A DNA stretch of 64,000 bases from Planctomycetota bacterium (GTDB lineage Bacteria > Planctomycetota > B15-G4 > JADJEK01): contig JACQZJ010000028.1 in assembly GCA_016213895.1 (NCBI GenBank), forward strand, positions 1,653-65,652. The letters are read 5' to 3'. Of the stretch, positions 57,301 through 64,000 are shown in pieces. A program made the translations under genes and the position numbers. Every line of letters starts with the position of its first letter. Within the stretch, counting starts at the first letter, position 1. A model generated the notes under the pieces. That model saw only the letters and a program-made list of their open reading frames with translations, ran no database searches and was not told the origin of the DNA.

Positions 57301-57740
57301 AGGTCGAAGCCGCCCGCGCCGCCCGGCCGGTTCGACGCGAAGTAGAGCGCGTCGCCGGCAAAGGCCGGCGCAATCTCGTCGCATGGCGAGTTGAGGAGCG
57401 AGAGCGGCTCGGGCGGGCCGGGCTCGCCGCCGCTCATCTCGCAGACGTAGAGGTCCTGGTTGAGGCCGGGCTTGCCGGCGCAGAAGACCAGGCGGAGCCC
57501 GTCCGGCGAGAGCGCGGGCCGCGTCTCCCAGTCCTCGCCGTTCACGGCCGGAGAGAGCGGCACGGGGTCGTCCCAGACCGCGTAGCGCATTTCCTCGCCC
57601 GCCGTGCTGGCGAAGTGGCGTTCGCCGTCGGTCCAGGTCGCCTCGTCGCCGAGGTGCGAGCGGAAGCGCAGGTAGGCCAGGAAGAAGCCCGCGGCGAGGA
57701 GCGCCAGGGCGATGACGGCGGTCTTGCCCGGGTGCCTCAT
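54363..57740 (-). CDS. Multidomain envelope protein: N-terminal TM helix, TolB-like PD40 beta-propeller repeats, two internal TM helices, Pro/Ala-rich extended region, C-terminal prenyltransferase / squalene-cyclase-like alpha-alpha toroid
   Basis: PD40 repeats (LSPDGLRLVF, ALYFASNRPGGAGGFDLY, SADGAALLFASDR). Internal helices (LTILAALLLAALLAWL, LLALVLHLLMLWYF). Five toroid repeats of the QxxDGxW type (QNKDGFWG, DEESGHFGWTS, RLGGGWGYY, ARGGFYRY, QQRDGSWR). Confidence 0.75.
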   Translation of the reverse strand: MRHPGKTAVIALALLAAGFFLAYLRFRSHLGDEATWTDGERHFASTAGEEMRYAVWDDPVPLSPAVNGEDWETRPALSPDGLRLVFCAGKPGLNQDLYVCEMSGGEPGPPEPLSLLNSPCDEIAPAFAGDALYFASNRPGGAGGFDLYVSRVRSGVFDLPEPAGGGLNSAADETDPAGLAGSGVLAFASNRGQRDFDLYLATPGPAPQDGASPEYAVAPLAAVNSLQDDREPALSADGAALLFASDREDGCGGFDLYRSVRDRGVFLPAKPVAGVNTPASERGPLPAADGFTLLFSAENAAGDFDLLRARSLELFRMPGRPIGWLDLTILAALLLAALLAWLAKRWESLDVLYRCYLLALVLHLLMLWYFQQVTVKGGAFDAPGGRDALFHVALARTRADGAAERELGGVLRAERAAAELAGPERAAAQPPVQGLEAAPLAAASRARPEAPPAPGRRPGEAPDRSAADGLPDVALADNGAPQERMAADAPALLLAVRDIGGAPERGAPAAPREPLPGVRAGAASGEQEARPDRPLVVRAQDGGQGPEAPAERAALAPSLPLQHARSLPALEDAESFAPLAQAPGEGSRVSEPLPSLPPATPGARSPKGPGPDRFGGETAPLPAGDALAGAPAPQGIGPRRAGALAESAPPRARGGAEPARAAGDLLDVALDDRPEGWEQDAATQNEPAAGAREGLALPAPRALDALPRRSESSSGPARLAFDQPLAPPSPRPGPALEIARAAPGEPDAELPRRLEHTPYRNRFGSEKQKAIELHGGSRETEKAVADGLAYLARLQNKDGFWGSQDDYEDKYGFVCVGKSGLCLLAFLGAGHTQASATEHSGVVGKALRFLREVQDEESGHFGWTSSYSHGIATYALAECYAMTRDEALRAPLERAVAEILKNQSQSRDARLGGGWGYYNPEGQHFDRWSRVSISAWQIMALESARLGGLAVEDVVFERAAAFLKNAYDARGGFYRYCHDPERLDSSYRTLPASTPAALFALSLLGDDIASREFARPRAFVLERSPAEYRCRGEEQFVEDASGNLYFWYYGSLALFRAGGEDWRRWNEAMKATLLPAQQRDGSWRPICPYSERACDTDQSRGYSTAMCVLALEVYYRYFTPLLRVK

Positions 57741-57746
57741 CGGCCG

Positions 57747-58166
57747 CTAACCGCCGCTCGCGTCGAGCGTGCCCACGGCGAGGTTCGTCAAACCGGCGGC
57801 GCCGCAGGCGTCCATCACTTGCACGATCCTCTCGTGGTGCACCAGCCGGTCGCCGCGGATGGTGACCGGTAGCTCGGCGCTCTTCCGCGCCGCGCGCTCC
57901 AGGGCGGCGGCCAGGCCGGCCTGGTCGGTCTCGCGCCCGGAGACGATCAGCGTGCCGTCCTGCAGCACGTTGATGATCAGCTCGTCCGGCGCCTCGCCCG
58001 GCGCCTCGCCGGAGACGGCCTGCGGCAGCTCGATGCCGATCTCCCGCTCCGGGTCGAGGAAGGAGGTCGCGCACATGAAGAAGATGAGCAGCAGGAAGAC
58101 CATGTCGATGAGCGGCGTGAGGTTGATCTGGAAGTGCTCGTTGTCTTCCGTGTCACGGATGTGCAT
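57747..58166 (-). CDS. ExbD/TolR-family biopolymer transport protein
   Basis: Start re-assigned to MHIRDT, which has a GGAGG RBS. The ExbD signature INLTPLIDMVFLLLIFFM is present. Confidence 0.85.
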   Translation of the reverse strand: MHIRDTEDNEHFQINLTPLIDMVFLLLIFFMCATSFLDPEREIGIELPQAVSGEAPGEAPDELIINVLQDGTLIVSGRETDQAGLAAALERAARKSAELPVTIRGDRLVHHERIVQVMDACGAAGLTNLAVGTLDASGG

Positions 58167-58818
58167 GGGTCGCCTCCGCAACCTGCAGGTACATCTCCTC
58201 CGTGTCGCGCACGAAGCGGTCGATCTTGCCCTTGAAGTAGAAGTAGGCCGCCTGCGTGGGGATGGCGATGGCCAGGCCCGCGGCCGTGGTGATGAGCGCC
58301 TGGGAGATGCCGGTGGCGAGCAGCGCCGGCTTGCCCAGGCCGTCCCGGAGCGCGATGTTCGAGAAGGCGATGATCATGCCCCAGACCGTGCCGAGCAGCC
58401 CGAGGAGCGGCGAGATCATGGCCACGACCACGAGCGGCTTGAGGTTGGCCGAGAGCGCGCGCACCTCGCGCGAGCCCGCGTCCTCGACCGCCTTTTCGAC
58501 CTCGAGCACGGGCGCGCCAATGCGCCTCAGGCCGGCGCCGAGGATGCGCGCCAGCGGCAGCGCGCGCTCCGCGCAGAGCGCCGCGCCGCCCACCGCGCCG
58601 CCGCTCTTGACCGCCGCGAGCAGCTCCTGGCCGAAGCGCCGGCCGCCGAGGCGGCCGCCGCGCAGGCGGATGGCGCGCTCCACGATGTAGGCCAGCGCGA
58701 TGACCGAGCACAGGCCGAGCGGCCACATGAGCGGCCCCCCGTTCACCACCAGGTCGTACAGGGAGAGCAGGTAGGGCGCATCTCCTCGCTGCGCCGCCAA
58801 GAGCGTCATCGCTGGCAT
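58153..58818 (-). CDS. ExbB/TolQ/MotA-family proton channel
   Basis: Three TM helices and the conserved C-terminal TolQ block (MISPLLGLLGTVWGMIIAF...ALITTAAGLAIAIP). It overlaps the start of the ExbD/TolR gene. Confidence 0.85.
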   Translation of the reverse strand: MPAMTLLAAQRGDAPYLLSLYDLVVNGGPLMWPLGLCSVIALAYIVERAIRLRGGRLGGRRFGQELLAAVKSGGAVGGAALCAERALPLARILGAGLRRIGAPVLEVEKAVEDAGSREVRALSANLKPLVVVAMISPLLGLLGTVWGMIIAFSNIALRDGLGKPALLATGISQALITTAAGLAIAIPTQAAYFYFKGKIDRFVRDTEEMYLQVAEATHAHP

Positions 58819-58831
58819 GGACTCCTCCACC

Positions 58832-60067
58832 TCAGAACGTCTTCAGCTCGTCCAGGCGCGCGCGCGCCTGCGCGGCGAACGGCGACTGGGGGTGTTTCTG
58901 CACGATCTCCTGGTACTGGCCGCGTGCTCGGTCCGCGTCGCCGAGTTTCTCCAGGCACTGGCCGGCGAGAAAGAGCGCCTCGGCCACCTCGGCCTCGCCG
59001 CCGAAGAGCACGGCCACCTTCAGGAACTCGGCGAGCGCCTTCTCGGTGTCGCCGGCCAGGCCGTGGAGGCGCCCGAGCTCGATGCGCGCCTGCGCCGCCA
59101 GCACGCCGCGATCCCGGGCGATCACGCGCTCGAGCGCCTGCCGCGCGCCGCGCGCGTTGCCGCGCGCGGAGAGCGCGCGGCCGCGCCACAGCTCGGCCTC
59201 GGCGCCGTTCTCGAACTCGGGGAAGCGCCGCGCCAGCTCGGTGAGGGCCTCCTCGCCCTCCTGCCAGCGCGCGTCGCGGCAGTGGGCGAGGCCCAGGCGG
59301 AAGAGCGTCTTGGCCATTGCCTCGTGGCCGGGAGACGCGCGCCGCAGGCGCTCGAAGCAGGCGATCGCCTCGTCCAGGCGGTCGAGGCGGTAGAGCATCT
59401 CCCCTTGCAGGTAGAGGCTCTCCCCGAACAGGGGGCTTGTCGGGTGCTCTTCGGCCAGACGAGCGAACGAGCCCGCGGCGCCGGCAGCGTCGCCCTCGCG
59501 CATGCGCGCGAATCCGCCCTTGTAGAGGGCGCGGTCCGCGGCCGGGCCGCCCGGCGTCTTTGCCGCGATCTCGTAGAGAGGCACGGCGCGCGCGTCCTCT
59601 GCGCGCTCGTAGAGCGCCTCGGCCACGAAGAAGGCGGCCTCCGCGAGACGCGGATCCTCGGGCGCGCAGGCCAGCGCCTGGCTGAGGTGCGCCTCGGCCG
59701 CGTCGGGGTCGCCCTGCTCCAGGGAGATGTAGGCGCGCTCGATGCGCGCGGCCGCGCAAAGCTCGGCGCCCGCGCCGTCGAGGGACGCGAGCAGGGCGTC
59801 CGCCTCGGCGGCGCGGCCGCCCTTGGCGAGCGCCTGCGCCGCGGCGCGTGCCGCGTCCAGCAGCTTCTGCCCGTTCGGGGACGCCTCGCGCAGGCGCGCG
59901 CAGCTTTCCGCCGCGCCGTCCAGGTCCCCTGCCCTCAGCTCGGCAAAGACGAGCAGCTCGAGCGCCGCCGCGCGCAGGTCCGCCGCCAGGCCCTCCTGGC
60001 TGGCGAGCTGGCGCAGCTCCTTGGCCGCGGCCGCGTGCTCCCCGCGTTCATGGAGCGCCCCGGCCAT
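58832..60067 (-). CDS. TPR-repeat protein (start uncertain, between 60067 and 60148)
   Basis: Repeated A/L/G/Y-rich 34-residue units. It ends 2 nt before the ExbB/TolQ gene. Confidence 0.6.
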   Translation of the reverse strand: MAGALHERGEHAAAAKELRQLASQEGLAADLRAAALELLVFAELRAGDLDGAAESCARLREASPNGQKLLDAARAAAQALAKGGRAAEADALLASLDGAGAELCAAARIERAYISLEQGDPDAAEAHLSQALACAPEDPRLAEAAFFVAEALYERAEDARAVPLYEIAAKTPGGPAADRALYKGGFARMREGDAAGAAGSFARLAEEHPTSPLFGESLYLQGEMLYRLDRLDEAIACFERLRRASPGHEAMAKTLFRLGLAHCRDARWQEGEEALTELARRFPEFENGAEAELWRGRALSARGNARGARQALERVIARDRGVLAAQARIELGRLHGLAGDTEKALAEFLKVAVLFGGEAEVAEALFLAGQCLEKLGDADRARGQYQEIVQKHPQSPFAAQARARLDELKTF

Positions 60068-61667
60068 CCCGTCGCGCGCGCCCGCGGCCAAGGCGCAGAA
60101 GGGCGATGAGCACGTCCGGGCGATGAGCGCCCTCGGGATGCTCGGCAAGGTGCCGCTCGAAAGAACGAAGTGCCGCGCCCTGCTGGCCCGTGCCTTCGCA
60201 GGCGCGGCCCAGCATGTAGAGGGCCTCCTCCTGCTCCTTCGCTCCTTGGCCGTGGTCCACGACCCAGCGGAAGGCCTCGGCCGCCGCGGCGTGCTCGCCG
60301 TTCAGGAAGCGGCACCAGCCGGCGCGCTCGGTCGCGCTCAGCTTCACGGCCTCGTCGCCGGAGCGCGCCGCCTCCAGGAACTGAGCCGCGGCGCCCGCGT
60401 AGTCCTCTTCCGCCAGGAGGCACTCGCCGAGGATGGCGCGCGCGGCCGCGGCGTAGGAGCTTTCTTTTCGCTCCGCGAGCAGGCGCTCGGCCAGCTGGCG
60501 CGCGCCGGCCGGCCGCCCGGCGTTCAAGCTGGCCGCGGCCGCGGAGTAGAGGGCGTGGTCGCTTTCTGACGCGGCGTAGGCCTCGGCCGCCTCGGCGCTC
60601 CGCCCCAGGTCGAAGAGCAGGTCGCCGCGCGCGACCTGGCAGCGCTCGCAGAGCTCCGCCTCGGGCTTCAGGGCCAGGGCGCGCTCGCAGTCGGCGAGCG
60701 CGCCGGCCGGGTCGCCGGCCGCGGCGCGCGCGCGCGACCGCCAGTAGCAGAGCTCCGCGCCTTCCTGCGCCGTGGCCGAGGAGAGCACGGCTGCGGCCGC
60801 CTCGGCCTGGCCCGCCTTCAACAGGTGGATGCCGCACTGCAGGGTCGCCTCGGCGGCGTAGCGGCTCTCCGGCACGCGCTCCACCACCTTGCCGAACATC
60901 TCGGCCGCGGCGGCGTGCTCGTCGAGCTCGCCGAGCGCGAAGCCCGCGCCGCGCAGGGCGGAGTCGAGGAAGGGGCCGTCCTCGACCTGGGTGTAGGCGG
61001 CGAGCGCCTCTTGCGGGCGCCCGGCCTCGAGAAGGCACTCGCCGGCGAGGAAGCGCAGCTCGCCATCGAGGGGGTCGCCGCGGTGGAGGCGCGTGAACTC
61101 CTCGATGGCGGCGAGCGCCGCGTCGTATTCGCCGCAGCGGAAGCGACACCAGGCGATCCCGTAGCGCGCCTCGCGCGCGTAACGGCCCTCGGCGTCGGTG
61201 GCGAGCGCCTGCTCGTAGAGCGGCCGCGCGGCCGCGAAGTCGCCCTTGCGGAAGGCGGCCTCGCCCAGGAGGAAGGTCGCCGGCAGGCGCAGGTAGGGCC
61301 GGTCGAGCTCGAGCACGCGGGCGAGCGCGGCCTCTGCCTCGGCGAAGCGGCCGGCCCGCAGCTCGCACTCGCCCAGGCGGAAGGCAGCTTCGGCCGCGAA
61401 CTCGAAGTCCGCGAGGTCCAGGAGGCGGCGGAAGTGGGGCGCGGCCTCGGCGCCGCGCTCCAGCTCGAAGAGGGCCGTGGCCAGGCGGTAGCGCGCGTGC
61501 GCCTCGCGCGCGTGGCCGCGGTGTTCCTTCAGGAAGGCTTCCGCCTCCTTCACGGCCATGTCGTACATCCCCTTCTCGCAGAGGCCGGCGATGAACTGGT
61601 ACTGGTCGTCGGCTTCGTCTGGGGCGGGCAAGAGGAGCGCGAGGAAGAGGACGAGGATCGAGGACAT
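60048..61667 (-). CDS. Secreted TPR-repeat protein
   Basis: AGGAGGGGAG RBS. Signal peptide MSSILVLFLALLLPAP. About 12 TPR units. The frame overlaps the next TPR ORF by 20-100 nt. Confidence 0.65.
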   Translation of the reverse strand: MSSILVLFLALLLPAPDEADDQYQFIAGLCEKGMYDMAVKEAEAFLKEHRGHAREAHARYRLATALFELERGAEAAPHFRRLLDLADFEFAAEAAFRLGECELRAGRFAEAEAALARVLELDRPYLRLPATFLLGEAAFRKGDFAAARPLYEQALATDAEGRYAREARYGIAWCRFRCGEYDAALAAIEEFTRLHRGDPLDGELRFLAGECLLEAGRPQEALAAYTQVEDGPFLDSALRGAGFALGELDEHAAAAEMFGKVVERVPESRYAAEATLQCGIHLLKAGQAEAAAAVLSSATAQEGAELCYWRSRARAAAGDPAGALADCERALALKPEAELCERCQVARGDLLFDLGRSAEAAEAYAASESDHALYSAAAASLNAGRPAGARQLAERLLAERKESSYAAAARAILGECLLAEEDYAGAAAQFLEAARSGDEAVKLSATERAGWCRFLNGEHAAAAEAFRWVVDHGQGAKEQEEALYMLGRACEGTGQQGAALRSFERHLAEHPEGAHRPDVLIALLRLGRGRARRDGRGAP

Positions 61668-61949
61668 GCGGCTCCCCTCCTGGGCACGAGAGAGGTTCGA
61701 TGCCGCGCCGGTCCGGCCCGGGAGGGAACCGCGGCCGCCCCGGCGCGGAACTCCTATACGTTTAGGAGTTGGCGCGTGTGAGGGCATCAGGATTTTTCCG
61801 TGACTCGCCGCGCCGCGGCGGCAAGGCGGGTGCGGATTGACACTTCCGGAGCAGAGCCTCTATGGTGCGCCCTTCCCGCGCGTCTTTCCGCCGGCCGGCA
61901 CGATGCTTCGGGGCGGCGGTCTCCCGCGCGCGATCGGAGGAAGCCCGTC

Positions 61950-63137
61950 ATGGACCTCGGCAAGATCCAGGCCGCTCTCAGGGACGCCCGGCTCGACGGG
62001 TGGCTCTTCTACGACTTCCACAACCGGGACGTGCTCTCCTACCGCGTCCTGGGGATGGACCCCGCCAAGTTCACCTCGCGGCGCTGGTTCTATCTCATCC
62101 CGGCCGCGGGCGAGCCGCGCAAGCTCGCGCACCGCGTGGAGCCGACCAAGCTCGACTTGCTTCCCGGCAAGAAGGAGATGTACCTCTCCTGGCGCGAGCT
62201 GCACCGGAAGATCGGCGAGCTCCTGCGCGGCATGCGGCGCGTGGCCATGCAGTACTCGCCGCTCAGCAACATCCCGTACGTCTCCATGGTGGACGGCGGG
62301 ATCCTCGAGCTGGTGCGCCAGACGGGGGTCGAGGTCGTGTCCTCGGCCGACCTGGTGCAGACCTTCGAGGCGGTCCTGGACCAGGAGGCGTACCAGAGCC
62401 ACGTCGAGGCGGCGGCGCGCGTGGACCGCATCCGCGACGAGGCGTTCGCCGAGGTCGGCCGCCGCATCCACGCGGGCAAGCCGCCCACGGAGTATGAGAT
62501 CCAGCAGTTCATCGTGCGCCGCTTCGGCGAGGAGGGCCTCACTTGCAAGGGGGAGAACCCGATCGTCGGCGTCAACGACCACCCGGCCAACCCGCACTTC
62601 GAGCCCACGCCCGAGAACAGCTACACGCTCAAGGCCGGCGACACGTTGCTCATCGACCTGTGGGCCAAGCTCGACCGTCCCAAGGCGGTGTTCTACGACA
62701 TCACCTGGTGCGGCTTCATCGGCCGCGGGCAGGTCCCGCCGCGCTATGCCGAGATCTTCGCGACGGTGCGCGACGCGCGCCGCGCGGCCGTGGACTTCGT
62801 GCGGCGGCGCTTCGCCGCCGCGGAGGCGGTGGCTGGCTTCGAGGTCGACGACGCCTGCCGCAAGGTGGTGGCCGACGCCGGCTACGGCGCCGAGTTCGTG
62901 CACCGCACGGGACACTCGATCGGCGAGGAAGTGCACGGCAACGGCGTGAACATCGACAACCTCGAGACCAGGGACGAGCGCCTGCTCGTGCCCGGGATCT
63001 GCTTCTCCGTCGAGCCCGGCATCTACCTCGAGGGGGAGATGGCGGCCCGCTCCGAGATCAACGTGTTCATCACGCCCGCGGGGGAGGTCACGGTCGCCGG
63101 CCGGCAGCAGGAAGAGCTGGTCGTCGTGGACGCCTGA
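61950..63137 (+). CDS. M24-family metallopeptidase (Xaa-Pro aminopeptidase / creatinase-like)
   Basis: GGAGG RBS. N-terminal creatinase-like domain followed by a pita-bread domain with metal ligands (DLWAKLD...HRTGHSIGEEVHG...FSVEPGIY). Confidence 0.85.
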   Translation: MDLGKIQAALRDARLDGWLFYDFHNRDVLSYRVLGMDPAKFTSRRWFYLIPAAGEPRKLAHRVEPTKLDLLPGKKEMYLSWRELHRKIGELLRGMRRVAMQYSPLSNIPYVSMVDGGILELVRQTGVEVVSSADLVQTFEAVLDQEAYQSHVEAAARVDRIRDEAFAEVGRRIHAGKPPTEYEIQQFIVRRFGEEGLTCKGENPIVGVNDHPANPHFEPTPENSYTLKAGDTLLIDLWAKLDRPKAVFYDITWCGFIGRGQVPPRYAEIFATVRDARRAAVDFVRRRFAAAEAVAGFEVDDACRKVVADAGYGAEFVHRTGHSIGEEVHGNGVNIDNLETRDERLLVPGICFSVEPGIYLEGEMAARSEINVFITPAGEVTVAGRQQEELVVVDA

Positions 63138-63168
63138 TCCCCTCGCGGCCGCCTGCAGAGAGAATGCC

Positions 63169-64000
63169 ATGAGCTACTACGTCTGGATCATCCTCGCCTA
63201 CCTTCTGGTTCTCCTCGGCTTCAACTTCTGGAGGTCCTTCAAGGTCAAGAGCCAGGAGGACTTCATGGTGGCCGGGCGCTCCCTGTCCATGCCCGTCCTG
63301 GTGTTCACCCTGGTGTGCACCTGGATCGGCTCGGGGACGTTCATCGCCGGGGCGGAGTTCGCCTACCAGGCCGGCTTCTCCGCGCTGTGGATGGCGGCCG
63401 GCGCCTGGGCCGGCATCGTCGTCATCTACTTCCTCGCGGCGCGCGTGCGCACCTTCGGCCAGTACACCATCGGCGACATCCTCGAGGTGCGCTACGGTCC
63501 GCTCGCGCGCCTGCTCGGCGCGCTGGCCCTGATCGTGAGCTTCACGGCCATCGTCAGCTACCAGTTCCGCGCCGGCGGGTTGATCCTGAACATGATCACG
63601 CGCGGGGCGGAGAACCGCTCGGTCTTGACGCTCGCGAGCGGCGAGCGCGTTTCGGTGCAGGACCTGCGCGAGTACCAGGCCAGCGCGATCGTCAAGCAGG
63701 ACGGGTCGCGCGTCGAGGCCTTCAACCTGATGACCGATCAGGCCGCGGGCGTGCACCGCTTCTACGACGAGGCCGGGGAAGAGCGCACCGTGCCGCTCAG
63801 CGCCGCGCTCCGGGTCGAAGCGGGCAAGGGGGTGTACCTGCACCGCCTGGCGGACGGGAGCGTCGCGCGCCTCGCGGCCGCGGACATCGTGGACAAGGAG
63901 TTCGAGGGGACGATCTCGCGGAACAAGGGAGCGGTGATCGCGGCGATCTTCGTCATCCTGTTCACCGCGCTCGCCGGCATGATGGCCGTGGCGCACACCG
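63169..64000 (+). CDS. Sodium:solute symporter (SSS) family transporter, 3' end truncated by the window edge
   Basis: Start MSYYVWIILAYLLVLLGFNFW...DFMVAGRSL and polytopic hydrophobicity. The frame is open to the window end. Confidence 0.75.
   Translation, partial: MSYYVWIILAYLLVLLGFNFWRSFKVKSQEDFMVAGRSLSMPVLVFTLVCTWIGSGTFIAGAEFAYQAGFSALWMAAGAWAGIVVIYFLAARVRTFGQYTIGDILEVRYGPLARLLGALALIVSFTAIVSYQFRAGGLILNMITRGAENRSVLTLASGERVSVQDLREYQASAIVKQDGSRVEAFNLMTDQAAGVHRFYDEAGEERTVPLSAALRVEAGKGVYLHRLADGSVARLAAADIVDKEFEGTISRNKGAVIAAIFVILFTALAGMMAVAHT

Noticed and set aside
1-64000. CRISPR array or rRNA genes
   Set aside because: No regularly spaced direct repeats and no rRNA-like conserved stretches were seen.

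Overview
This is a 64 kb window of very GC-rich (about 70%) bacterial chromosome. Gene content is dominated by envelope, secreted and regulatory functions. Many long antisense ORFs in the six-frame track are compositional artefacts; calls below rest on recognisable domain motifs, signal peptides, ribosome-binding sites (RBS), start/stop coupling and consistency between neighbours. Coordinates are from manual codon counting and may be off by a codon.

Left to right:
- A PAS/NarX-type sensor histidine kinase and a LuxR-type response regulator, followed by a TauE/SafE permease operon that ends in an atypical PEP-synthase-like phosphotransferase.
- Two tandem paralogous FGE-sulfatase (SUMF1) domain secreted proteins; one is fused to a papain-like C1 peptidase domain.
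- Several large membrane-anchored proteins built from carboxypeptidase-regulatory-like beta-sandwich repeats.
- An IS21-family remnant (IstA fragment plus IstB lacking its stop codon) abutting an ECF sigma factor that is fused to a transmembrane (TM) helix and an extracytoplasmic domain.
- A PAP2 phosphatase and an SGNH hydrolase.
- A secreted protein with an internal tandem duplication, and an alpha/beta-hydrolase pseudogene.
- An envelope locus: a circularly permuted SPASM-radical-SAM enzyme, two GT-C (ArnT/PMT-like) membrane glycosyltransferases, a NapH/CcoG-like polyferredoxin with an HMA-like tail, a TPR protein with a Cys-rich tail, and a redox-inactive thioredoxin-fold/HEAT protein.
- An AEC transporter.
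- A decayed patch holding a frameshifted four-helix-bundle gene, a gene with atypical codon usage, an ECF sigma region-4 fragment and a G10 homopolymer.
- A BNR/Asp-box repeat lipoprotein.
- A B12-binding radical SAM enzyme, a membrane-embedded spermidine-synthase-like protein and a PNPOx-like protein.
- A putative island remnant: an integrase-core fragment, a low-GC lipoprotein and a tRNA 3'-end fragment with encoded CCA.
- A PDZ lipoprotein and an ECF sigma / zinc-finger anti-sigma pair.
- A DUF1080-methyltransferase-secreted-protein triplet.
- An IS200-like REP-associated tyrosine transposase.
- An ExbB-ExbD pair followed by a single 1125-aa protein that fuses a TolB-like propeller, membrane helices, a Pro/Ala-rich spacer and a prenyltransferase/squalene-cyclase-like toroid, with two TPR proteins upstream.
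- An M24 peptidase and a partial SSS-family symporter at the right edge.

No rRNA gene, intact tRNA or CRISPR array was seen.

The three architectures I consider most likely to be new are the ExbBD-coupled propeller/toroid fusion, the permuted SPASM-radical-SAM with its glycosyltransferase and redox neighbours, and the peptidase-FGE fusion with its tandem paralog.
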